Origin: Candidatus Falkowbacteria bacterium
Lineage (GTDB): Bacteria > Patescibacteriota > Patescibacteriia > UBA11705
Direction of reading: 5' to 3'
DNA: 64,000 nucleotides
NCBI GenBank assembly: GCA_003518055.1
Contig: DOZJ01000006.1
Span: 136,912-200,911, forward strand
Of this stretch, positions 18,398 to 29,235 are shown one piece after another. Below the pieces are notes generated by a model that was not told the origin of the DNA, made no database searches, and worked only from the letters and a program-made list of their open reading frames with translations. The position numbers and the translations under genes were made by a program. How positions within the stretch are numbered: position 1 is the first letter of the stretch; every line of letters begins with the position of its first letter.

Positions 18398-19268
18398 GCT
18401 GAATAAAATATTATTGTTAAGTGTAATTCTCCTTGGATTTTTTCAAGGAGGATTACTTTTTTTGGGTTTGAATCGCGTTGATGTCAGTCCGGCCGGAACT
18501 CATCGCAGTTTATACGTCTCCAAGAGTTTTTATGATGATGCTTATCGGCTGGCGGGTGATGGGTTTGATTTAAATGATGATGAAGTCGTGGCGGCGATTG
18601 TGCCGCACCATTTATTCGTTAAAGATCGATCAGCGGCGTTGTTCAAGGCTTTGTCTAGATTTGATTTTCAGCGAATTATTATGATCGGGCCGGATCATTT
18701 GAATGATGCTAGGGCGTCGATTGTAATCTCAGATTATGATTGGCAAACACCATACGGCAGTTTGTCGTCTGATTCACGGTTGGTCTCAAAGATTTTAGAC
18801 GCTGGTCTGGCGGCCACTGATGAACAGGCGATGGGGGCGGAGTTTGCAATCAGTGGGTTGGTCCCGTTCGTGAAAAATAGTTGGCCGGAAGCTGATTTTG
18901 TGCCGATAATCATTGGAACCGACGCGGAGAGAGAAAATCTAGATAAACTGGTTGATTTTCTGGTTGAAAATTCAAATGGCAAGACATTGCTGTTAACCAG
19001 CGTGGATTTTTCTCATTACAAATCACCGGCCGAGGCGGAAGCGCAAGATAAAATTTCAGTGAAAGCGATTGAAGATTTTGATTTTGAAAGAGCTTTTACA
19101 TTGGATGTGGATTCTCCCCAGTCGATATACATGATTCTAAAATATGCCGCGCGTATTGGGGCAAATTTAACGCAGTTGTTGTCTCATACAAACACCGGAT
19201 TGATTCAGCCGGAGAGTTCACAGACGGCGGTCACTCACAATATAATTGTTTTTACCAAACCAAGATAA
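18390..19268 (+). CDS. MEMO1-family protein (AmmeMemoRadiSam protein B-like) with N-terminal TM/signal
   Basis: IVPHH, IGPDH, WQTPYG, SVDFSHY motifs. Confidence 0.85.
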   Translation: MTKLNKILLLSVILLGFFQGGLLFLGLNRVDVSPAGTHRSLYVSKSFYDDAYRLAGDGFDLNDDEVVAAIVPHHLFVKDRSAALFKALSRFDFQRIIMIGPDHLNDARASIVISDYDWQTPYGSLSSDSRLVSKILDAGLAATDEQAMGAEFAISGLVPFVKNSWPEADFVPIIIGTDAERENLDKLVDFLVENSNGKTLLLTSVDFSHYKSPAEAEAQDKISVKAIEDFDFERAFTLDVDSPQSIYMILKYAARIGANLTQLLSHTNTGLIQPESSQTAVTHNIIVFTKPR

Positions 19269-19345
19269 TTATTGTTTTTGTTTGATGAAAACAGCCGGCA
19301 TGATTGATTTCTCGAAATTATAAAAAAGACTTGATAAGTCTTTTT

Positions 19346-20089
19346 TTAGTAATCGCGGTCGAAATGTTTTTGGGAGATGAATCTTGGCTGCTCCGGATCT
19401 ACTTGCCAGCAGTTGAATTCTTGTTCCGCGGCACAGAGGGGAAAACAGGTATGGTTTTGACAGTACCCTTGATGTTCGGCCGCGGTCAGGCAGGGCAAGA
19501 CGGTTTTGTCTTTGTCATTGAGGTCGCATTCGGGAGCAAAAGGAACGGCGGCTGGCGCTTCGATCGGTTTGGTTACGGTTACGGTCAGCTCATATTCGAT
19601 AAAATCTGAATCTGATGCTGATTCAGAGTCAGAGTCAAAGTCTGAACACTCACTTCGCATCTTCTGCTTGATCATGGTGATAAATGTTTCATCATAATCT
19701 TCTTGATTTTGATCCATTCCTTCCGCCATAGACAGAATCAGTGAATAAGCCCAGCAGCAACGTTTGGCAGCGGCCAAGGCGATTAGTTGAAACTGGTGAT
19801 CTAAAATGGTTTGTTCTGCCGGGTGCAGATCATTTAGATGCTCGGCGCAGGTTGGCTCCATTTTTAACAGTTGAAGTGATTGGGTGTGTCGATACATCTG
19901 CTGCAAGGTTGAAATCAGCTGAACGCAATCATATGATTGTTTTTCGGTTGATGCCGACAAAGCAACGACGCTTTTGACGTGAAAATTGATTTGTTCTGCG
20001 CACTCACTGCTGTCAAAGGTCTGGGCGTTTAATCTGATGGCGAGAATGACCCCCAAGATGAGCAACGGAATCGGCAGAAATTTGCGCAT
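19346..20089 (-). CDS. Secreted Cys-rich hypothetical protein
   Basis: Signal peptide, many Cys, SD/SE low-complexity linker; SD GGAGG; promoter TTGACA-17-TATCAT at 20119-20147. Confidence 0.75.
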   Translation of the reverse strand: MRKFLPIPLLILGVILAIRLNAQTFDSSECAEQINFHVKSVVALSASTEKQSYDCVQLISTLQQMYRHTQSLQLLKMEPTCAEHLNDLHPAEQTILDHQFQLIALAAAKRCCWAYSLILSMAEGMDQNQEDYDETFITMIKQKMRSECSDFDSDSESASDSDFIEYELTVTVTKPIEAPAAVPFAPECDLNDKDKTVLPCLTAAEHQGYCQNHTCFPLCAAEQEFNCWQVDPEQPRFISQKHFDRDY

Positions 20090-20250
20090 GATTTGCCTCC
20101 TGTTGGTTGGGAGATATTATGATATTAAAAGCGATAATTTCTGTCAATGAGGCATTTATGATTCACGGGGGTGATTGGGCTTGAATGTTTGACAGATTTT
20201 AGTATTTATGTTAATGTTGTTTGTTCAGTTCAACCACAAAAGGAGGAGAG

Positions 20251-21048
20251 ATGTTTACAGTTATTACTGTCATCATGGTTATGATCAGTTTGATGGTTCA
20301 TGAATTCGGTCACGGCTGGGCGATGACGCGGCATCAGATTCCGATCAAGGAAGCCGGAATCGGTTTTGGCCGGAAATGGATTCCTCACTTCTGGTTCGAG
20401 TGGCGTGGGGTGCCGATCAAGGTGACGCCGCTTATTCTCGGCGGTTATGTGATGCCGGCGGAAGAAAGCGAGAAGTTGATTGAGAATGCGTCATACAAGG
20501 TTAAGGCGGAAATTTTCGGCGCTGGGGTTCTAGGCAATATTTTGTTTTTTTATGTCATGCAGGTGCTGGCAATCATCATTCATCCCGAGTGGGGTTTTGA
20601 CTGGATTTATTTGGGCCTGCCGTTTTGGGCCATTACAAGTATTGTCGCTGTTATGCTGTTGTTCAGGAGATTTTGCTTTGAATGGTTGTTTATTATGATC
20701 GGTTTGGCGCAATTGGGATTTTTGGTTTATGCCTTATTCATTCATAATCCGTTCGAAGTGATGGCCGGTCCGGTCGGAGTGGTGAATCTGGCGGTGGTTC
20801 ATCCGGCAGATGATTGGACCGTGACTATGGCTGATGTGTTCAGTCGAGCCGGTTTGATCTCGTTGTTGATTGGTTTGACCAATATGTTGCCGTTGTTTCC
20901 CTTGGATGGCGGCCGGATTATGGCAGCGTTGTTTCATCGATTCAACTGGAATCGGGTCAAGAATTTTTATACAGTGATTAGTTCTTTGGCTATGCTGGGG
21001 CTGATTATCTTGGCGTTGACCTCGGATGTCGTGAAGTTGTTGAGATAA
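20251..21048 (+). CDS. Site-2 protease, peptidase M50 family (no PDZ)
   Basis: HEFGH, LGGYV, AGV..N, NMLPLFPLDGG; SD AGGAGG; promoter at 20189-20217. Confidence 0.92.
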   Translation: MFTVITVIMVMISLMVHEFGHGWAMTRHQIPIKEAGIGFGRKWIPHFWFEWRGVPIKVTPLILGGYVMPAEESEKLIENASYKVKAEIFGAGVLGNILFFYVMQVLAIIIHPEWGFDWIYLGLPFWAITSIVAVMLLFRRFCFEWLFIMIGLAQLGFLVYALFIHNPFEVMAGPVGVVNLAVVHPADDWTVTMADVFSRAGLISLLIGLTNMLPLFPLDGGRIMAALFHRFNWNRVKNFYTVISSLAMLGLIILALTSDVVKLLR

Positions 21049-21082
21049 AGTTAACTTTCCCCACAATGGTAGGAGAAAAAAC

Positions 21083-21694
21083 ATGAGCGCCAAACGAGTA
21101 CCGGTTAGAGTACTCCCAATGGATTTGTTTGACGGCAAATATACTCGGTATTTGGGGTTTCAGCACGTTCCGGTGATTCATGAAGATAACGTGGCGGCCG
21201 CTGTGCAGGAGATTATGGTTTTTCTAAACCAAAATCGTGTAAATAAAGAACACAATGATGGAGCTGAGTTTTTGCGGGCATTTGCCAGTGAAATCTTGTT
21301 TGTCTGTACCAGAAAGCAGGTTGAAGTCATGGAGTTGGTGCGTGACTTTGACGCGCTGAAACCGAGTGACCTTATGCAAGCCGTCAGATCGGAGATGCGC
21401 GGTTGGCATCAGAGAAGGTATCATTCGGTGTTGGCTAATTGGAAGAGTTTGAAGCAGCTGGGGTTGGGGCTAATGGATGCATGGTATCTCGGTACGTGTT
21501 TGTTGGAGGCGTTGCGGCACGCGGCTGGAACCGCGGATTCAAGAGAGGATTCCAAGCAGTTCCTGGTTTGGTGGGAGTTGGTGAGTTGTAGAGTGGATTT
21601 GATTGGGATGGAGATGTCAATCATTGATGGTACGCGAGACACGGTGGCTAGAATGGTGAGTAATGAACAAGCGAGTGTGATTCGATACTGGTAA
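21083..21694 (+). CDS. Hypothetical protein
   Basis: 203-aa ORF with AGGAG SD, downstream of the M50 gene, followed by a terminator. Confidence 0.7.
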   Translation: MSAKRVPVRVLPMDLFDGKYTRYLGFQHVPVIHEDNVAAAVQEIMVFLNQNRVNKEHNDGAEFLRAFASEILFVCTRKQVEVMELVRDFDALKPSDLMQAVRSEMRGWHQRRYHSVLANWKSLKQLGLGLMDAWYLGTCLLEALRHAAGTADSREDSKQFLVWWELVSCRVDLIGMEMSIIDGTRDTVARMVSNEQASVIRYW

Positions 21695-21776
21695 AATATT
21701 AAACAGCTAATAAATATTAGTTGTTTTTTTGTTTTTTATGGTATAATTTTTTTATAAATAATCTAGTTCATCTGTT

Positions 21777-22775
21777 ATGCGGCATGTGGATGTAGTAACA
21801 ATCGGCAGCGCGATCAAGGACGTGATGTTTTATACTAATCATGGAGAATTGATATCCAATAAAAATGATTTGACAGCGCAGACGCTGTTGGCTTTTGAAT
21901 ATGGCGCCAAGATTGAGATTGATGAACTTTATCTCAATTACGGCGGCGGAGCGCTGAACGTGGCGGTCGGGTTGAAAAATTTCGGTTTAAAAGTAGCGCC
22001 GCTGGTCAATATCGGTGATGACGCGGCCGGACGGGAGATATTTAATTTTTTGAAACATAAAAGGATAAATACCGGTCTCGTGACGATTGATAAGACGCAT
22101 CCGACCGGATTCTCATATATTGTGAGTTTGAGATCTGATCGCGACCATACGATTTTTACCTATAAGGGAGCCAGTGTTTTTCTTGATACTTCACACATTA
22201 GTCATTTGACAGCGGATTGGTATTATATTTCAGCGTTGTCAATGCGGTTTTGGGCCAAGGAGATTGACCGGGTAATCGATATAAAAAGGTATCGAAGCCG
22301 AAAAAATTTGACTGAGCCAAAGATAGTTTGGAATCCCGGTCGACGGCAGTTTGATGAATCTTTGAAGATGCTTAGAATACTTCCGCATATCGATTTATTG
22401 ATATTGAATAAAGATGAGGCCATTGAGCTGGTGTTGAAGGTTTTGGGCCGAGGCGTTGAACGACAGCGGATCAATCAATCACGGTATTTGCTTGATGAGC
22501 TTCGACGGCTTGAGATAAAAAATATTGTCATTACAGCCGGGGCGAGAGGCGCCTATGGGCTTGATGATCGAGGCCGATATTATTTCAAGGCCAGTTTAAA
22601 GCGCAAAAAAGTTGATACGGTTGGCGCGGGCGATGCATTTGCTTCCGGTTTCGTGGCTGCTTGGCATCAAACAGGGCGGTTTGATCGAGCCATGGAATGG
22701 GGGATCAAAAACAGCGGCGCGGAATTAACAGAGGTCGGCGCCCAAAATGGTTTGTTGAAAGGAAAAATAAAATAA
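21777..22775 (+). CDS. PfkB-family carbohydrate kinase
   Basis: GGGALNVAVGL, IGDD..G, LNKDEA, DTVGAGDAFASGF. Confidence 0.92.
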   Translation: MRHVDVVTIGSAIKDVMFYTNHGELISNKNDLTAQTLLAFEYGAKIEIDELYLNYGGGALNVAVGLKNFGLKVAPLVNIGDDAAGREIFNFLKHKRINTGLVTIDKTHPTGFSYIVSLRSDRDHTIFTYKGASVFLDTSHISHLTADWYYISALSMRFWAKEIDRVIDIKRYRSRKNLTEPKIVWNPGRRQFDESLKMLRILPHIDLLILNKDEAIELVLKVLGRGVERQRINQSRYLLDELRRLEIKNIVITAGARGAYGLDDRGRYYFKASLKRKKVDTVGAGDAFASGFVAAWHQTGRFDRAMEWGIKNSGAELTEVGAQNGLLKGKIK

Positions 22776-22933
22776 AAGATAAAAGACACTGATACCAAGT
22801 GTCTTTTTGTTTCAAAGATAAATTTAGCGTTTTTTAATTTTATTTTAGGCATGACCCAATTTATTCTATGATAAAGTCGATATTTTAGGATGTTCAAAAT
22901 CAATCAGTCATGATATATTGTTTTTAGCGAAAT

Positions 22934-24508
22934 ATGTATAAAATACTCAGCAAAAAAATTCATTCAATCGCCGGCGGAGCGTTGGTAGTGGCGGTTTTAG
23001 GTATAATCAGTCGGTTGTTTGGCGTCATTCGCGATCGAATCTTGGCGGGCGAATTTGGCGCGGGCAGCGAATTGGATATCTATTACGCGGCTTTTCGTAT
23101 TCCTGATTTAGTATATAATTTTGTAATTTTTGGCGCGATTTCAGCGGCATTCATTCCGTTGTTTACCAAGTTGGTGGTAGATGATGATGCGGTTGAATAC
23201 GGTAAAAATAAAAAGGCTTGGGATTTTTTGTCAAATGTTATAAATGTTTTTTCAGTCATGTTGATTATTGTTTGCGGAGTGTTATTTATTTTTGCCAGAC
23301 CGCTCATGTCGGCCATTACTCCGGGATTTACATCAATTGAGGTGACCGCAATCGTTTTATTAACTCGGATAATGTTTTTGAGTCCATTGCTTTTGGGTAT
23401 TAGTGGAATGATCGGCGGTGTGCTGCAGGTGTATAAAAGATTTGTGATATTTTCTCTGGCGCCGATTTTTTATAATCTTGGGATTATTTTTGGGGTTTGG
23501 TGGCTGGTGCCGATTATGGGTTTGCCGGGGCTGGCCTGGGGGGTGGCGTTGGGCGCGGGTCTGCATTTGATCATTCAGCTGCCGGCTTTGAGGCGGTTGG
23601 GATATCAATATCGGACAATTTTCAATTGGCGGGACAAAAATTTACGGTCGGTTTTTGTCTTGATGCTGCCGCGAGTGCTGGGCTTGATGGCTTCTCAAGT
23701 AAATCTGATTGTGATTACGATTTTCGGTTCTTTTTTGGCTTCCGGAACAATTACGATTTTTAACTTAGCCAGTAATTTACAATATTTCCCGATCTCTTTG
23801 GTCGGAATATCATTGGCGGTGGCGTCATTCCCGGTTTTGACGCGCAAATTTGCTCAAAGCGATGATGCCGGTTTTCGGGAGACTCTCGGAGCAACATTTC
23901 GTTTGATATTGACGGCGATAATTCCAATTTCAGTTATTTTTATTTTATTAAAATGGGAAATCGTGGCTTTGGTTTTAGGTACAGGTGAATTTTCTGCTCA
24001 GGATATTGCTCTGACCGCGAATGCTTTGGCCCTTTTTAGTGTTAGTTTGTTCGCGCAGGCATTGCTGCCGCTGCTGGCTCGGGCGTTTTACGCTAGACAC
24101 AATACATGGCTGCCATTTATTGTCGGTTTATTAAGCGCCGGAGTTAATGTGTTTTTGTCATGGCTTTTGGCTGATGCTTATGGAGTTTTGGGGTTGGTTT
24201 GGGCGTTTAGTTCAAGTTCGATATTTAATTTTATTTTATTGTTTGTATTTTTACGTTATCATGCCGGCAATTTTGATGATAAAGCATTAATTTCAACTTT
24301 ATTTAAGTCGTTAACCGCCACCGCTGGAATGGCGGTGGTAGTGGTGACTTCACAAAGGGTTATATTTGAATTATTTGTTTTGAATCAATTATGGCGAATT
24401 GTTGTGGCAACCGGTTTGCTGGTAATTTTGGCTATGGTGGTTTACGTCGGTATAGGATGGCTGTTAAATATGAAGGAGTTGAAAGAGATTTACAAGAAAA
24501 TGATATAA
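22934..24508 (+). CDS. murJ: Lipid II flippase MurJ/MviN
   Basis: SRLFGVIRD, YYAAFRIPD, AFIP, RAFYA; many TM helices. Confidence 0.94.
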   Translation: MYKILSKKIHSIAGGALVVAVLGIISRLFGVIRDRILAGEFGAGSELDIYYAAFRIPDLVYNFVIFGAISAAFIPLFTKLVVDDDAVEYGKNKKAWDFLSNVINVFSVMLIIVCGVLFIFARPLMSAITPGFTSIEVTAIVLLTRIMFLSPLLLGISGMIGGVLQVYKRFVIFSLAPIFYNLGIIFGVWWLVPIMGLPGLAWGVALGAGLHLIIQLPALRRLGYQYRTIFNWRDKNLRSVFVLMLPRVLGLMASQVNLIVITIFGSFLASGTITIFNLASNLQYFPISLVGISLAVASFPVLTRKFAQSDDAGFRETLGATFRLILTAIIPISVIFILLKWEIVALVLGTGEFSAQDIALTANALALFSVSLFAQALLPLLARAFYARHNTWLPFIVGLLSAGVNVFLSWLLADAYGVLGLVWAFSSSSIFNFILLFVFLRYHAGNFDDKALISTLFKSLTATAGMAVVVVTSQRVIFELFVLNQLWRIVVATGLLVILAMVVYVGIGWLLNMKELKEIYKKMI

Positions 24509-24676
24509 AAGACGATTTAAATTGATAAAATGGCTAAAGGGGCTGTTTTTTTTATTACACTAGTAAATGGTTACTGACTTGGAAAGTTCATCTGGTTCGG
24601 ATTGACAATTTGTGAATTATCTGATATCATTCATGGTTCAACTCAAAACTGAACGTCAACACAACAGGGGGTGGTG

Positions 24677-25021
24677 ATGAGCAACGGTAGACAATTTCTC
24701 ACTATTTGCTTTTTGCGACATTTGTACACGGTTACGCGTCAAGAAGGAGATGGTATTGAATCTGTTGACTCCTCGCTTGATGTTTCCTTGTTTTGTCCGT
24801 ATTGCGGCACTGCGGCCATTTGGTTTGGGCGATTGGGCGTTGGCGGGGATGGGGTCGAGGAAACAGATATTGAGTATCGTTTGATTCCGATTCGGCTGGG
24901 AGAAGAAGAAGTTATAGTTAAGAGTGTCAAGGCGATGCCGGCCAAAAAGCTTGGTTGGTGGAAAGATGGTCCTTGGCGGCGGTATTGGACTGCCACCGGA
25001 CGGATTGAGACGGTTGAATAA
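24677..25021 (+). CDS. Small hypothetical protein with zinc-ribbon-like CxxxH/CPYC
   Basis: Promoter TTGACA-17-TATCAT at 24602-24630, SD-like GGGGG, terminator after the stop. Confidence 0.6.
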   Translation: MSNGRQFLTICFLRHLYTVTRQEGDGIESVDSSLDVSLFCPYCGTAAIWFGRLGVGGDGVEETDIEYRLIPIRLGEEEVIVKSVKAMPAKKLGWWKDGPWRRYWTATGRIETVE

Positions 25022-25155
25022 GCGGCTTGAATCAGGGCTGCTTTTTTGATAAAAGGGCATAGTTATATATACAGCAACATTTTATCAGTTTTTGACGTTT
25101 AGTTTATTTGAAGGGAGTTGATTTAACTTAATAAATCAGGTATAATTGGTTTATT

Positions 25156-26979
25156 ATGACTGAAAAAATCCGTAATTTTTGTATCATCGCACATATCGAT
25201 CATGGGAAGTCAACATTGGCTGACCGGTTTTTGGAATTGACGGAAACGGTTGAAAAGAGAAAAATGCACGATCAATTGCTCGATCAAATGGATTTGGAGC
25301 AGGAACGGGGGATTACGATTAAGTTGCAGCCGGTTCAGATGAATTATAAGGGTTATGTTTTGAATTTGATTGATACGCCTGGTCATGTGGACTTTTCTTA
25401 TGAAGTATCCAGGTCTCTGGCGGCGGTTGAAGGCGCGATTTTGTTGGTTGATGCTACTCAAGGCGTGCAGGCGCAAACGGTGGCCAATTTGTATCTGGCG
25501 ATTGAGCAGGGATTGGAAATTATTCCCGTGGTTAATAAAATCGATTTACCGGCGGCTGATGTGAACAAGGTCTCCCAAGAAATAATTGATTTGATCGGGT
25601 GCAAACGCGAGGAGATATTAACTGCTTCGGGTAAGACCGGCGATGGGGTTTTGGCCTTGCTCGATCAGGTGATTGAAAAAGTACCAGCCCCAAATGAAAG
25701 TTCGGACAAAGATTTACGGGCGTTGATTTTTGACTCTTATTACGATGAATATAAAGGCGTAGTGGCTTATGTGCGGATTTTTGACGGACAAGTAAAGTTC
25801 GGTGATGGGTTGTATTTTTTTGCCACGCAGGCAGATGGGGAAGTCTTGGATGTTGGAGTGCTCAAGCCGCAATTGAAGACTCTGGGACATTTGGGCAATG
25901 GTCAGATTGGTTATCTGGTGACAGGGCTAAAAGATATTGAGTTGTGTCGCGTCGGTGATACAATCACCCTGAGCAAGAAAAGTGTTCAGCCGTTGGCCGG
26001 TTATAAAGAAGTTAAACCGATGGTTTATGCCGGTATTTTTTGCGAAGAAGGCAATGAATACAATGAGCTGCGGGACGCTATCAATAAGTTAAAATTAAAT
26101 GATGCATCGTTGATTTTTGAACCGGAAAATTCCCCTGTTTTAGGTTTTGGTTTCCGTTGCGGATTTCTGGGGTTGTTGCATTTGGAGATATTTACCGAAC
26201 GATTAAGACGAGAGTTCGGATTGACGATTGTCATTACCACACCGAGCGTAGCTTACAAAGTAACGCAAAAAAATGAGTCAAAGATTGACATTAGAATAAA
26301 AAAAGAACAAATAATTGATTCACGGACTTTTGTCATGAAAAATCCCAATGAATTTCCCGATCCGTCGGCGATTGAACATATTGAAGAACCAATCATGAAT
26401 GTTGATATTTTGTCGCCAAAAGAATATATCGGGAACATCATGACATTGGTTCAGGATTCTCGAGGGGTGTATTTAAATACTGAATACATTGGAGAAGACC
26501 GGGTCATACTACATTATCATATTCCATTGGCCATGGTCATTGTCGATTTTTATGATAAATTAAAGAGCACATCGTCGGGTTTTGCCTCAATGAATTATGA
26601 AATTTGGAAATATGAAAGAGCTGATCTGCAAAAAATGGATGTTTTGGTTGCGGAAAAGCCGGTTGAGGCGTTTGCGACGATTGTATATCGGGATTCAGCT
26701 TTTAACACGGGTAAAGTGATTGTAACGTCACTCAAGGAAACTATTCCCAAACACCAATTTGTAATCAAATTACAGGCGGCAATTGGCGGCAAAGTGATTG
26801 CGTCAGAAAGAATATCGGCCATGCGCAAGGACGTAACAGCCGGGTTATATGGCGGAGATCATTCTCGAAAACAGAAATTATTGAATAAACAAAAAAAGGG
26901 AAAAAAGAAAATGATGGAAATGGGCGTGGGCAAAGTGAATATCCCGCAGGAAGCGTTTATTAAAGTGATGAAGCGGTAG
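25156..26979 (+). CDS. lepA: Elongation factor 4
   Basis: IAHIDHGKSTLADR, LIDTPGHVDF, GFRCGFLGLLH, RKDVTAGLYGGD. Confidence 0.97.
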   Translation: MTEKIRNFCIIAHIDHGKSTLADRFLELTETVEKRKMHDQLLDQMDLEQERGITIKLQPVQMNYKGYVLNLIDTPGHVDFSYEVSRSLAAVEGAILLVDATQGVQAQTVANLYLAIEQGLEIIPVVNKIDLPAADVNKVSQEIIDLIGCKREEILTASGKTGDGVLALLDQVIEKVPAPNESSDKDLRALIFDSYYDEYKGVVAYVRIFDGQVKFGDGLYFFATQADGEVLDVGVLKPQLKTLGHLGNGQIGYLVTGLKDIELCRVGDTITLSKKSVQPLAGYKEVKPMVYAGIFCEEGNEYNELRDAINKLKLNDASLIFEPENSPVLGFGFRCGFLGLLHLEIFTERLRREFGLTIVITTPSVAYKVTQKNESKIDIRIKKEQIIDSRTFVMKNPNEFPDPSAIEHIEEPIMNVDILSPKEYIGNIMTLVQDSRGVYLNTEYIGEDRVILHYHIPLAMVIVDFYDKLKSTSSGFASMNYEIWKYERADLQKMDVLVAEKPVEAFATIVYRDSAFNTGKVIVTSLKETIPKHQFVIKLQAAIGGKVIASERISAMRKDVTAGLYGGDHSRKQKLLNKQKKGKKKMMEMGVGKVNIPQEAFIKVMKR

Positions 26980-26983
26980 TTTA

Positions 26984-27090
26984 AAGCGAGAAAAGCGAGA
27001 TAAGCAAGACAAGCGAGAGAAGTTAGTATGTTGAGTTTATTTATGTGGTTTTGCTTATTTCTCTTAAAACTTTCTTGCTTAATTGGCTTG
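26984..27090. repeat. Inverted pair of degenerate 9-mer arrays
   Basis: aagcgagaa aagcgagat aagcaagac aagcgagag, then complementary ttgctt/ctctt units. Confidence 0.55.
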
Positions 27091-27093
27091 TGA

Positions 27094-27126
27094 AAAAAAG
27101 ACTACTCGGGTTGGAGTAGTTTTTTA
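27094..27126. terminator. Bidirectional terminator
   Basis: A-run, actactc/gagtagt stem, T-run. Confidence 0.7.
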
Positions 27127-27211
27127 ATCGTCGAGGCTTATGTTTGTCGGTTTTAGACAGTCTTTGAAGGATGTTTTGATTGTGGTTATGTCAATGGTAC
27201 TGGAGAGTGTT

Positions 27212-27304
27212 TTAATAAAACGCTGGCGCGAATGTAAACATTATCATGGAAAACAACATAAAGATAACGATGACCGTCCACACGATTTTTTGGGCTTTTT
27301 TCAT
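27212..27304 (-). CDS. 30-aa single-TM microprotein (DUF4044/Prli42-like architecture)
   Basis: Manual translation MKKAQKIVWTVIVIFMLFSMIMFTFAPAFY; too short for the ORF track. Confidence 0.6.
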   Translation of the reverse strand: MKKAQKIVWTVIVIFMLFSMIMFTFAPAFY

Positions 27305-27348
27305 ACAATATAGTAAAATAAGTTTATGATTTATAACAATTAGACTTT

Positions 27349-29076
27349 ATGCTGGAAAAGAGGTGGCGGGTGTCCGAACAACCACCGGATAATTTTATTA
27401 AAGAATTTTCCGATTATAATCCAATCTTACGTCAACTATTATATACGAGAAATCTCAAGAGCGCAAAGCAGATAGAGGCTTTTTTGCGTCCGCGGTATGA
27501 GGCGCTTCATGATCCGTTTCTTTTCGCGGATATGTCCAGGCTGGTATCTCGGATATATCAGGCCATTGATACTGGTGAAAATATCATAATTCATGGAGAT
27601 TATGACGCGGACGGCGTGACCAGTACGGCCGTGATGTATGAAACGTTGAAGGCGCTTGGAGCTCGGGTTGATGTATTTATCCCCCATCGGGAAAAAGACG
27701 GTTACGGCCTTCGGCCCAAAACAATCGATCGGCTCATCAATGAAGGTTATAAATTGTTGATCACGGTTGATTGTGGGGTGACTAATGTGGCAGAAGTCAA
27801 AATGGCGATGGATGCCGGTTTGGATGTGATTGTGACCGATCATCATGAACCTTTGGATATTTTACCAGAGCCATTAGCCTTGATAAATCCCAAAGTTGAC
27901 CCAAATTATCCCTTTCAGTATTTATGCGGTGCTGGCGTGGCGTTTAAAGTGGCTACGGCGTTAATCAAAAATTATCATGGTTCTGATAGCTGGGCGAATT
28001 ATGGCGGGCCGGAGGGTTTTTTGAAATGGCTGCTGGATTTGGTGGCAATTGGTACGGTCGCCGATGTAATGCCGCTCGTTGATGAAAATCGGGTTTTGGT
28101 TAATTACGGTCTGATCGTGTTGCGACAAACAAGGCGGCCGGGAATCAGAAAATTGGCGGCGGAAGCCAATATTGATCTGGCGGCGGCTGATAGTTATACC
28201 ATCGGTTATCAAATCGCCCCCCGACTAAACGCGGCCGGTAGAATTGAACATGCCAGAGAAGCCTTTGAACTTTTGACCACTATGGATGAGGATGAAGCTT
28301 ATAAATTGGCGCACAAACTTCAAGAAACCAATTTGGGGCGGCAAAAAATTACGGATGAGGTTATGATAACGGCCAAGGAGAAATTGGTACAGCAAGAGGG
28401 GCAAAAAATGTTATTTTTGTATGATGAAAATTGGCATCCGGGTGTGGTTGGTCTCGTGGCCGGCCGAATCGCGGAGGATTATTACCGGCCGGTTTTGGTG
28501 ATGACGATGATTGATGGCCAGATTGTCGGTTCCGGCCGGAGCATCAGCGATTTTAATATTACCGAGGAGCTGATGGCGGCGGAAAAGTATTTGGCTCGCT
28601 ATGGCGGGCATGCGGCTGCTTGCGGTTTTACTCTGAAAAACAAAGATGAGTTGGCGGACTTTACCAGTTTCTTGGCGGATCGGGCGCGGCAGAGCTTGAC
28701 GGATGAACATTTAATTCCGATTATTTATGCTGAAACCGAGTTGGCGATGACTGAGATTAATCTTGATTTGGCTGAGCGGTTGAAAACCTTGTCACCGTTT
28801 GGCGAGGGCAATGAAAAACCGAGATTTATTTTGCGCGACTTGATGGTTACATCGTTGGATTTACTTGGAGACAAGGAACAGCATTTGCGGTTGATGGTCA
28901 GGAATGGCCATAGTCCGGCGGTGAAGAAGGTGATGGGATTTGGTTTGGGTAAAACTTGGGGCGGAGTGCTCAACGCGGGGGATAAAATTGATCTTATGGT
29001 TGAATTGAGTGTTAATGAGTGGAATGGCAGTCGAAACGTGGAAATGAAAATTGTGGATTTGAAATTAAAAGCGTAA
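27349..29076 (+). CDS. recJ: Single-stranded DNA exonuclease RecJ
   Basis: HGDYDADG, ITVDCG, TDHH, PRLNAAGR, GGHAAACG. Confidence 0.96.
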   Translation: MLEKRWRVSEQPPDNFIKEFSDYNPILRQLLYTRNLKSAKQIEAFLRPRYEALHDPFLFADMSRLVSRIYQAIDTGENIIIHGDYDADGVTSTAVMYETLKALGARVDVFIPHREKDGYGLRPKTIDRLINEGYKLLITVDCGVTNVAEVKMAMDAGLDVIVTDHHEPLDILPEPLALINPKVDPNYPFQYLCGAGVAFKVATALIKNYHGSDSWANYGGPEGFLKWLLDLVAIGTVADVMPLVDENRVLVNYGLIVLRQTRRPGIRKLAAEANIDLAAADSYTIGYQIAPRLNAAGRIEHAREAFELLTTMDEDEAYKLAHKLQETNLGRQKITDEVMITAKEKLVQQEGQKMLFLYDENWHPGVVGLVAGRIAEDYYRPVLVMTMIDGQIVGSGRSISDFNITEELMAAEKYLARYGGHAAACGFTLKNKDELADFTSFLADRARQSLTDEHLIPIIYAETELAMTEINLDLAERLKTLSPFGEGNEKPRFILRDLMVTSLDLLGDKEQHLRLMVRNGHSPAVKKVMGFGLGKTWGGVLNAGDKIDLMVELSVNEWNGSRNVEMKIVDLKLKA

Positions 29077-29235
29077 AGAAATCGGATTTGTTTCTGGGAG
29101 TTATTTCGGGGTATGAATTTAGTTCATGTTTGATTTATAATTTTAAATAATTACTGAAACCATGTTATGCAATAGGGTGCCGTGAACTCAACACACGGTT
29201 TAGGCTGACGAAAAAAAACAATTTAAAATAATAAT

